A stretch of DNA of 64,000 nucleotides from Lama glama. Taxonomy: Eukaryota. Positions 40,225 through 51,800 of this stretch are shown piece by piece (position 1 is the stretch's first letter; each line of letters opens with the position of its first letter). The stretch covers positions 79,734,001 to 79,798,000 of the forward strand of contig CM052817.1 in assembly GCA_028534125.1 (NCBI GenBank). The letters run 5' to 3'. The notes under the pieces are model-generated. The model did no database searches, was not told the DNA's origin, and was given only the letters and a program-made list of their open reading frames with translations. A program made the position numbers and the translations under genes.

Positions 40225-43170
40225 ATTTTTCTACAGCTTTATTGAGGCATAGTTGATATGCAAAAAACCACACATATTTAGTATATACAATTTGATGAGT
40301 TTGGATATAGGCATACCCATTAAACAATCACCACGATCAAGGTAATAAAAATAATCTTATACCCCCCTTTTTTGTGGTAATAACACTTAACATGAGATTT
40401 ATCCTGTTAAATTTTTTTAAGCACAGGATGTATTATTATTAACAGTAGGCATTTTGTTGTACAACAGATCTCTAGAACTTACTCATCTTGCACAAATTAA
40501 ACTTTATACCCATTGAACAACTCCCCATTTCCCCCTCCCTCCAGCTTCTGAAAACCACCATCCTACTCTCTGTTTCTATGAGTTTATTTTAGATGCCTCA
40601 TATAACTGGAATAATACAGTATCTATCCCTCTGTGACTGGGTTATTTTACTTAGCATAATGTCCTCCAGGTTCACCCATGTTATTGTATATGGCAAGATT
40701 TTTTCTTTTTTAAGGCTGAAATAATAATCCATTGCGTGTGTATTACATATGTGTGTGTGTGTGTGTGTGTGTACACCACGTTCTCATTATCCATTCATTT
40801 GTTGGTGGATATTTAGGTTGTTTTCATTTCTCGACTATTTTGAATAATGCTGCAGTGAACATGATAATTCAGATATTTCTTTGAGATTCTGATTTCAGTT
40901 CTTTTGAATATGTCCAGAAGAGGAATTGCTGGATCATATAAGTTTATTTTTAATTTTTTGAGGAACCATCATACTGTTTTCCTTAGCAACTACACCATTT
41001 TACATTTCCACCAACTGTGTACAAGGGTTCCAATTTCTTCATGTTCTTACCAACACTTACTATCTTATGCTTACTTTTTTAAAGTAATAACTACCCTTAC
41101 AGGTGTGAGATGATACTTCATTGCGGTTTTGATTTGCACTTCCCTAATAATGAGTGATGTTGAGGTTCTTTTTACGTATATGTTGGCCATTTGTATGGTC
41201 TTCTCTGAAGAAAAGTCTATTCAAGTTTTTTTGCTCATGTTTTAATTGGGTTATTTGTTTTGTTTTGTTGAGTTGTAGGAGTTCCTTATAGATTTTGGAT
41301 GTAACCCCTTATCAGCTATAGTTTGCAGATAATTTCTCTCATTCCATAGATCCTTTCATTCTGTTAATTGTTCTTCGCTGTGCAATGGCTGTTTAGTTTT
41401 GGTGTAGTTCTACTTGTCTATTTTTGCTTTTGTTGACTGTGCTATTGGTGTCATACTTAAAAATCACTGCCAAAACCGGTATCAAGAAGCTTTTCCTCTG
41501 TTTTCTTCTATATGTTTTACAGTTTCAGGTCTTATATTTAAGACTTTAGTCCATTTTGAGTTGATTTTTATCTATGTTTTAAGATAAGTGTCCAGTTTCA
41601 TTCTTTTGCATGTGGATATTCAGTTTTCCCTACATAATTTGTTAAAAAAAATTATTCTTTCCCATTGTGTATTGTTGGCACTTTCGCTGGAAATTAATTG
41701 ACTGTATTTGTATGGATTTATTTCTGGGATTTCTATTCTGTTCCATTGATTTATGTCTATCTGTATACCAATACCATACTGTTTTAATTACTGTAACTGT
41801 AATATATTTTGAAATCAGGAAGTAGGATGGCTCCAGCTTTGTTCTTCTTTCTCAAGATTGTTTTGGTTATTCAGGAACTTTTATTATATAAGTTATGGTA
41901 TAGTTTATTTTTAATTTATGGAATAAAATTCATTTATTCCAAGTGAATTTTAAGGATTTTTTTCTACTTTTATTTAAAAATGTCACTGTAATTTTGATGG
42001 GGATAACATTGAAACTATAGATCACTTTAGATAGTGTGGACATTAAACAATATTGTCTTCCAGTCCGTGAAAATGGAATGCCTTTGCATTTATTTATGTC
42101 TTCTTTAATTTCTTTTACCAGTATTCTGTAGTTCTCAGTTTGCAAGTCTCTCACATTTATGGTTAAGTTTATTCCTAAATATTTTATTCTTTTTGATGCT
42201 ATTATAAATGGGGTTGTTTTCATAATTCCTTTTTCAGATAGCTCATTGATAGTGTATAGAAGTGGAACAGATTTTTGTGTGCTGATTTTGTATCCTGCAA
42301 CTTTACTGAATTTGTTTGTTAATTCTAACTGTTACTTGATGGAGTCTTTAGGGTTTTCTATATATTATGTCATATGCAAAGAGAGATAATTTTACTACTT
42401 CATTTCCTATTTATATGCCTTTTATTTCTTTTTCCTGCCTAATTTTTCTGGCTAGGACTTTCATCACTGTGTTGAATAAAAGTGGTAAGAATGATCTTCC
42501 TTGTCTTGTGTGACCTTAGAGGAAAAGATTTCATTTTGTCACTGTTGAGTATGATGTTAGCTATGGGCTTATCATATATGGCCTTTATTATATTGAGGTA
42601 AATTTCTTCATTATTTATTTAAATAAGCTTCCTACCCCTTTTTTTCTCTTCTCCTTCTTATACTCTGTAATGTGCATATTGGTACATTTGATGATGTCTC
42701 ATAAGTCTTTTTTAATTTTTGTGTGTGTATTTCTCTAATTGAGTAATTTCAAATAACTTGTCTTCAAGTTCACTGATTCTTTTGCTTGATCAAGCCTAAT
42801 ATTGAAGCTCTCTTGAATTTTTCACTCTAATTATAAAATTCTTGAGCTCCAGAATTTCTATTTAGTTCTTTTTTATGTTTTCTTTTTTGTTGTAGATGGT
42901 CTCATTTTTCCCATGGGTGTTCCTGGTTTCAGTTAGTTGTCTATATATGTTCTTTTGTAACTCTCTGATCTTCTTTAAGATGAATATTTTGGATTCTGTG
43001 TCAAGAAATACATAGATCTCTATGTACTTAGGGTTGCTTACTGGAGATTTATTTTGTTCCTTTGATTGGGTCATATTTCCCTGAATCTTTGTGCTTCATA
43101 TGGTTTGCACTGGTGTCTGTGCATTTAAAGAAACAGCCACCTCTCCAGGTCTTTATGGACTGGCTTCAGT
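40225..43170 (-). mobile_element. L1 (L1MA-like): 3'UTR and ORF2 C-half joined to ORF1 N-part by an internal deletion
   Basis: ORF 41930-42223 (IASKRIKYLGINLT); ORF 42862-43074 (MTQSKEQNKSPVSNPK); (TG)n ~40750-40772. Confidence 0.9.
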
Positions 43171-43564
43171 AAGGAAAGATCTTCAACAAACTTAGATTAT
43201 ATGCCATAGACAGAAAAGGCCTCTCTTATTTTCTTCCTTTTCTGCTATCAGATGGGCCATCTTTAGTCCCTGATTCTCTCTATTACAGGATTCTACTAAG
43301 GCAGCAAGAAGTAGCTGATTCATTTTAACATCCCTAGTTTTTCCTATAATTTCCTTGAATACTACAGCTTTAATAGTCATATGTCAGCCCCCAAGGTAAA
43401 AAAGAGTTTTACTAACTTTTTCCCAAGCAAGTTTCTAGAACTTCTGAAAGAGAAACAATAGCAGGGTGCCTGCTGTCATTAGTCCCACATTCTCTACTCA
43501 AGAAATTTCACATCACATTTTAGAGTCTAAGATTTGTAGCACTTTAGTTTCAGGTACTAAATTC

Positions 43565-44130
43565 TGTATCAGATAGGATACCCCCAGCTTTAAGTAACAG
43601 AAGCCCTGCTTCGAATTGGCCTGAATACCAAGGACATTTATTTCATATATTAAGAAATCTTAAAGTAGGGAAGACTTCTGAGCCAACTGATTCAGCACCG
43701 TCGAGATGTCATCCAGGACCCACATTCTCTTCTGCCAGAGATGGCTTCCTGCTAAGACTACTTACTCTCATGAACACAGTATGGCTGCCAGCAGCAACTA
43801 AAATAATGTACTTCCTTGTTTACATCCAGCAGGAGAGTGAAACTAGCTCCTTTTCCCAGAAACTTAAGTAGGTCCTTGACCTAAATTGTCTTAGGCCTGC
43901 CCATCCCCCAATTAACCAGTTCCAAGGATGACAGTCTTATTGTGATTGGTTTATACTGACCCTCTGAGATAGAATGGATGTTGTAGCTTTGATATCCTCT
44001 ACAGCCAAGCCTTTTACAGTGTGCACTCATAAGCAAATGAAGATCTTGACTCCCTAATACCTCTTCTTTCAGTGCTAGCCAAGTTTCTCCCATTGCTCTC
44101 CTACAGATCTTAGAATGAAAACTATTGCAT
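43565..44130. mobile_element. Old MaLR LTR (MLT1K-like)
   Basis: tgtatcagatagga...gtaacagaa...atggctgccagcagc. Confidence 0.55.
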
Positions 44131-47100
44131 GCATGAGTAGATATTGGCAGAAAAATTGATTGACAAAACTATGCATTTGTCATTTCACTTTTGGCTTAAG
44201 TTATTGTCGACAACCAACACTTTAATAATTCAATAAAGCTAACCAGACTCCCTGTATCATTTAGGAAAGCTTTAAGGTTGAAAGTAGCATAACCCTAATA
44301 TAGTGGCTTAAACAGGATACTATTTGTGTCATATAAGAAATCTGGTCGTATGTACTTGCTTGTGTTGACTCAGTAGCTTGACAATGCAATGTCAAGGTTA
44401 ATGTCTGATTCTTTTATATATATATATAATTTTTATGTATATATGATATGGTGACAAAACAGTTGCCACAATTCCAAATATCAAGTTTATATTTTAAGCA
44501 GGAAGTACAGGGAAGAGTGATCTTACTTACATGTAGAACTAATGACCCTGGCCACCTCTAGCTGGTAGGTGACTGTGGAGATGGGGTCTGGGTAAACCAA
44601 ATACAATGTCTGTTGTACACTGACAGCTAGATAAAGTATGTAAGCATATTCAGTTTAGTGCAGAGTAACTTACTTTCTTCCAGAAGCTAGAAATGAGTTC
44701 ATAGCTGGTGATAGCCATAAGGATCTAGATATGCCCAATCCAGTTGCCCCGTCCTGTCAGAGTGCTTCAGGCTGTCTACCTGTGGTGACTTTCCTGACCT
44801 TGGAAGACTGTATGCTCTCCATGGCCCCCTGCTACCTTGTGGATTTTAGCTCAACTTCCTGAGTTCCTGTTCATAGGAGTCCAGTTAGTTTGGAAATTGA
44901 ATCACAATTGATGTTGCAGGAAGCTGTGATGGACCAGATTTCTTGTTACCCCACAAACAGCCTTCATGATCTATTCTCATAACTCACAGTGTCCATGTGA
45001 GGAAAAAGGGATTCCCTGAGCCTCCCTTTCCTCCCCTGCCTCCCAAAGTGGCCTCTGTTCTTTTAGGCTTGGCAAGCTCTGTCGGACTGTGGAGAGGACT
45101 TTGCCTCCTTGCCTAAGCCTCAAGAGTTGCCCTCTTCTTTGTTTCAGCTCTCTTCTCTCTATATCTCACTGGACAGTGGGTGTGAAGAGGCTGCAGTAGA
45201 GGGACGTGGGATTATAGTAAAGGGAACTTCATTTTTGGCGTTCATTAGGTCCTGCTTTGTTCCCACAGAATCTAGGAGCTCGATGCAGAATAGGGCAAGA
45301 CTGGGAGGCCTACTTCCCATACTACCACCATTCTTCGGCTTGCCCTACTGTGACCAGAAGAAAAGACTGATGGCCTCCTGGTGACTCAGAAATAATAGTC
45401 TAGCCTCCTTGAAATCCCAGAGCTACTTGGAACCAAGACAGCAAATGGGTAATTTTCTTCTGTTGCCTTCAGTTCCTATTATCTTCTCTGTCAGAACAGA
45501 GCATATGAACTTTCCTTCTGAGACCGCTTCTTAAATCCTACCATGAAATTCCACCCCCTCCCGCCACCACCACATGCACACATTAGTGGTTCTGTTCCAA
45601 GGCAAAGAGAAGTAGAAAATTATTATAAATTTCTGAGTCTGGGGAACTGGTCAATGGATTTTCACAATTGGAGCTTGAGGGAAAATGATATATATTTTCA
45701 TTTTTTGATGGAAACTGGACATTCATACAGAGAGGTGATAGACAAATAGAAAGTAAGCATCAGAGATCCACACACTACTCTTTTGAACAGATACAGCTTC
45801 CAAGGCAATGAGGATTAGGGAGTAGGAAGTGTCTAGAACCAAAGAAACTAAGTGGTGATAGGCTTTCACATGTATCCAAAACTCCCTGTGCTCTTCTTCT
45901 CCAAACTCTTCAGATTTTGGCCAAGAGACTTAAGTTTAAAATAGGCATGGATTGTTTGGAAGGGCAGAATTCTTATAAAGGTATTTTGTTGTTTTTTTTT
46001 TTTTTCAGTCACAGTGTTGGGCATATTACTATATGCTATACTTAGAAGCAGCCCTGTTTTCTGGATCCTTCAACAGCTGTTGACATCCTAACAGTCTCTT
46101 AGTACTGTATACTACAGGGGAGAAAATCAAGTGTGCTTGATTTTAAAAACGATCCCTGATTTCCTGAATAGCTTATTGGCTGCTCAGGAGTGAATCTTAA
46201 AGATGCTACAAAGGGGAAAGAGAAGGAAATCCTGAAAGTTATTTGGTTTATTTTGCTCTTTCCAGAAAGAGCCCAACTTAGATCTTTTCACACAAATGCA
46301 TTTTTGAATCCCTTGTACCCAGCATAGAGTTCAGAGCTTTTCTTTTTAAAGTTGACTATTTTTTCCTTCTGATTAAAAAATACTACATGTTCATTGTAGA
46401 GATTTTGAAAAATATAAAAAATACAAAGAAGACAAAAATTATAGCCCCATGTCCCACAACTATCCTCTCTAACAATTTGATGCATTCTTTCCAATGTCCC
46501 ACTTCTTTCTCTGCCTCTCTCAATTTATGTGTGTTCATGCCCCTTACAATATTGGAATGATAACTATGTACGTGATTTTGTATTTTGCTTTTTTCACCCA
46601 ACAGTATATTATAACTATTTCCTCAGGCAAATACATATTTTTAAAAACATATTTTAAGATGATTTTATATCTCATCAAATGACTATCAAATTTATTTAAT
46701 CATCCTCTTAAAAATAATCCATCCATTTTCTGAACAAATTTTTTAACAAATTTTAATGGTATTTATAGCGTTTAAATAACAGGTATATTAAAATGAAATC
46801 AACTGAGACTTAATTAAGCACATGAAATGTTCAGTGTCCTGTGCTAAATGCTATGAAGCATATAAAGAATTATAAAGTCAGTTCTCTGATCTCAGTATGA
46901 TTTTAGGTTTATTATGGTATGATTTATTTTAATTAAGAATACTGTATAGCTTAATACTTAAAACACATAGCTCAAAGTTTAAAATAATTAGTACTTACAA
47001 TTAATTACTTAAAAATATTATTTATTTTGCATTCATTCTACTTTCCAAAATTTCATGAGACAATTTACCATAAAAGAACAGCTAAAATAAAAGTGAAGGT

Positions 47101-47892
47101 CATCATAAGTAGAGGAAAAAGATAGGAACCAAGACATAAAGGAAAGTAAAGGAAGAAAAGAGAAACAGACCAATGAATTCAGAAAACCTAATCTAAGAAA
47201 AATTACTGCATGGACTGAGAGGTACCCAGCTTTTATTATCTAAAGTTCATTCCTTCAATTATTCATTTATTCTTTCAGCTCACAAGTATTTATTGAGCAC
47301 TTCCCATGTGCTGGATTCTGAGTTAGGTCTGGGAGACAATGATGAACAAAATAGGCTTGTTCTCATAGAACCTGTATTTCACAAAGAGAGGCAACCTTTC
47401 TTCTAGCTCCTAATGACAGTATCCTTCGTAGAAAATTCAGAAATATTCCATACCTCCTCATCTCTTATAGGTCCTCAGAAGAAGCAATGGGCACTCAGTC
47501 AAAATACTCAATATAAAGTTTGAAAAATACAGTCCATCAGTGCAGGATTTGAAGTAGAAATAATAAAGCTTGGAGAATCTAGAGTATGAAGATGTAGCAC
47601 ATTCTTTATGAGATTTCATATGTATATTAACTATTCTAGCTAGTCTTTTGATGATAATACAGTTGACCATTTAAAAACGGTTCATTTTTTAAATTATCTA
47701 AGAAATATGAGCACATTACTAACATTTTGAAAAAGAAGAAAATTCTCTCTTAAGGCCTTGACCTGACCTAACCATTAATAACATTTACTTCTCTTTCCAG
47801 TCTTTTAGATTGTCATATTTTACATACTTGTAATCATACAGTACATAAAATTATCCTTGAGTTTTTTTCACAAATTATTATATCATAAGTAT

Positions 47893-48355
47893 TGTACTAA
47901 TCAGGGCTCTCCAGAGAAACATATGTGAGAGAGAGGGGAGTATTGAGACTCGAGAGAGAGAAGAATTGGCTCACCCAATTATTGAGGCTGAGAAGTCCCA
48001 AGAGCTGCAGCCAGCAAGCTGGAGACCAAGGAGAGCCAATGTGTAGCCCCAATCTGAAAGCTGTCAGGCTTAAGACCCAAGAAGAGCCAATGTTTCAGTC
48101 CAAGTCCAAAGGCTGGAAAAGACCAATGTTCCACTCAAGCAGTCAAGCGGGAGGAATTCCCTCTTACTCAGCCTTTTTGTTTTATTTATTGGATTAGGCC
48201 CACCCACACTTGGAAGGGCATTCTGCTTTATTCACTCCACTGATTCAAATGTTATTCTCATCCAGAAACACCCTCATAGAAAACACTGAGAATGGGTAAC
48301 AGATATCTGGCCATCCACAACCCAGTCAAGCTGACACATAAAATTAACCATCAAA
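47893..48355. mobile_element. MLT2 (ERVL) solo LTR
   Basis: tgtactaatcagggctctccagagaaac...gacacataaaattaaccatca; 5-bp TSD agtat/agcat at 47888-47892 and 48356-48360. Confidence 0.9.
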
Positions 48356-48558
48356 AGCATTTTTTATGATATATAGTCTTCATAAGCATAATTTACTTAC
48401 ATTTGGGATTACTGTATTTTTTTTATTATTTCCTATTTTTTCCCATTTAAAATTAACACCAAGATGGACATGTTTGTGATACAAATATTTCCATATTTTT
48501 AACTATCTCTTTGCAAAAACTCCTCAGATGGATTTCTTTTTGTTTGGAGATTGGGATG

Positions 48559-48862
48559 TGTGTTAAGTTTCCTATTCTGCTGTCACAGAATAACACCCAC
48601 CTGTTGGCTTAAAACAACAAAAATGTATTATTTTAGCTTTTAGGTATTTAAAATAAAGATTTCAGCAGAGTTAGGTCTGAGAAAGAATCTAATTCTTACT
48701 CTCTCCTAGCTTCTGGTGGTTGCTAGCAATCCTTGGTATTCTTGGCTTACGGACAAATTAGTCCCGTCTCTACCTCTGTATTCACATGGTACTCTCTTCT
48801 CTGTCTTCACATGGCCTTCTTGTAAGACACCAGTCAATGGGTTTAGGGCCCACCCTGATCCA
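48559..48862. mobile_element. MLT1 (MaLR) LTR, truncated at its right end
   Basis: tgtgttaagtttcct...ggcttaaaacaaca...tttagggcccaccctgatcca, then abrupt switch to non-LTR sequence. Confidence 0.85.
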
Positions 48863-51800
48863 GTGGCCCCTGTCAGGTGGTTATGTATGTCAAACATGGT
48901 GCTTTGTAGTTTTGAGTTTCTTCATAGATGTTCTGAATTGTTCTGGAAATAAGATAACAGTGTGGTTATGTCTTACTGATGATTTAACTTTTTTTTCAAT
49001 TTGTAAATGACACGTTTTCTCTCAAGTGAGCCTTTTTGGCTGGGACCAGAACTGCTGACAGTATCTTTGTGCCGGGAAAATGTATAGGCTCTCACACAGG
49101 CTATTCAGAGTTCCAGGACAACCAGCAGAAGGGTGCTGGGTTGCTCCAGCCCTTCCGAGTTATAAGGAATGTGTGTAGTTACCTCAGGAGGTAAGGGCAT
49201 GCAGCAGATTAGGTCCACTCAGGCATAGTAGTCTGATGAGGATGTGACCGTCATTTTAGAAACAACCGCATCATTCATTCAGACCTCAAAAACAGGCATG
49301 GAGAGCTCATTCAGGGTACAGTGCTTGCTCTAGTGACAGGCAGTTTTATTTTTTTCTCAGCAAGTGCCTGCTGCTCCATAGTAGACTAAGCTCCACCTAG
49401 TAGGCTACTTCTTGTCTATATCTCTGTGTCTTCTTCTGCTGACAATGAGCTGACCTTACTTCCTTTACACCTTTTGTTTAGTCATGGCTTCTATTCTTCT
49501 ATGGCTTCTGTTTCCTGCCCACTCTCGCTATCTCTTGGCTTCTACCTACACTGTTGTCTGCTGGTTCTGATACTGAGTGATCTGAATTCAGACTCCGCAA
49601 GAAAGTGGTTCAGACTTAGAACTGTGTGACCCCAAAGTCCAGCTCTTTCTACTATGCACTAGGGGGGAACAGCATTCCTATACTGAAAGCTTTGTTGGGG
49701 ATTATACCAGCACCTGCCCTCTTCCCCTGTTTATGAAAGTTTTGGTTCTGTTTTGTTTTCTTTTATGGTTTGTTTTTAAATTTCTGCTTTGATGGGAAGT
49801 AAGTCAGTTTATTCTGGATGAAAACCAGCATCCAGTGGATTCCAGAAGTTTTGTTAAGAGTCTTTCTAGGATGTCTTCTCCAAATATAGAGGTAAACTGA
49901 AACGACTTGGACTTTTCTGCAATATCAGATGCAGGGAAATGAGTTAAAGTATTCTCCCAAGTAGAAGTGCTCCCTACCCACTTCTGTGGTCTTTTGAGCC
50001 ACTCAGGAGCTGTGGCCCCTATCAGGTGATTATGTACGTCAAACATGATGCTTTATAGTTTATGAGTTTCCTCATAGGTGTTCTGAATTGTTCTGGAAAC
50101 AAGATAACAGTGCGGTTCTGGCAATTTTCCTGAGCGATCTTTAGGGCTATCCTGTGTGGTTAATTTGATCTGTGGAGCTGCTGCGTTATGGGTAATTTTG
50201 AAACACGGGGTTTGCTTATCTGTCTATCTCTCCAGATGACAACAGTTAAGTATTGGTTCAAGGGGCAGCACCAGGTTTTTCTTGAAGGACCTAGAAAGGC
50301 TCATGCACAGTCTCTCTCCTTCTCTGTCTGTTCACCTGTCTGTCTGTATGTATCTACATGAGGAGACACATATAAGTCATTTACTAGGATGTTGATAGTG
50401 ATTATCTTTTGAAAAGTGTGATTTGTGAATAAGTTTTATATCCTTCTGTTTTTTGAATTTTTGACATAAGCAATATTACCTTTATAGGAACAGTAAACAC
50501 CATTCTCTTTTGAGGAGAAAATTTCAGCCTTCCCTTCACAGGCCATTGATTGTCCTCATACCTAATACTCTTCTGTGTGTTCTTCTTCTTTTCCACTTAC
50601 AAAAGAAAGATAAAAGAAAAATAAGATGGAAAAAGTAGAGAATCTTCTAAAAGATTATTCAATAAAAAAAGACAAAAAAAATCAAAACAAACAGCTCTTG
50701 AAAAAGGAAAATGTAACATTGGTCAAAATCATCACAAAGAGACAGGTAAATTCTTTGGTTTAATATAAGCAATAAAAACATGCAAGTTCAGGATTTGATA
50801 TACAGACTCTTTTCAGGAGAAGTTTGCAAGCAAATATCCCAGAGGTTGACATTTCTATGTGGTAAAAAATTTCGAGACAGAGAGCACCTGCTAGAACCTT
50901 GAGTCTCAATCATGAATACATATTACCATAGACAAGGCCAGATGATCATCATCATTCAGTTTCTAATGGTTTATTTTTACCCAATAATTCAGGCCCATTT
51001 TCCAGATTCATTTCTCCTCCCTGCATCCCCCAAGCAGATGCCATTATTTATAGGGATTCCTGTCAAAAATTTTTTGGAAATATTTTTATCTATAGAAAGC
51101 AGATGGAATGTAGAAGACCTGGCAGATTTCCATGGAAAAAATTTTCGTGCTTCAGCTTTATTGTAGGCTTTGTGTCCCCAGTCAGGACTAGGGTACAAGC
51201 AGAGTCACAGTAACAGTCACAAACAGTATTTCTCTTGCTGTACTTCTACCGGCTTCGCAGAAATTCCTTTGAGTTAATTCTGAAAGGCCCGGGAAGGAGG
51301 TCACTTGTGTTTGGTAACTCACTCTCTGCTGACAGGTAGTCTTTTCCACTCCTGCCCTCTTCTCCAGCTCAGCATGGTGGTGTCCTGAAGCAGCCACCAT
51401 TGTCAAAGTCCTTTTGGCTTTGACCAGAACTCTGGACAAAACTATTTTCTCTCTCAACTTTCCGCTGGAAAGCACTGCCTTGGATTTCTTAAGATCTGCA
51501 AAGCTCAGTTTATTTCATAGCTCTTTCAGGTTTTATTCACACTTTATTGCAGCCCCTTCAGCCCTCGAACACAAACTTATATCCATGAAAGTTGTGTTGA
51601 AAGATAATCTTGGTAATAAACACTTTGGTCTACACTCCCTCTTTTTTACCTCCCCACAATCTACCGTGATCCTTTGTTCTTGGACCAGACTTGAGGATGT
51701 GGACTCTTGTGTATGTGTGGATGAGTTTTTTCCTTCCCAGAAAGCTCTTCAGTCCTTTAGGTAAATATGTCCATTGTGGATCACCCTGCTGGCTTTGTGG

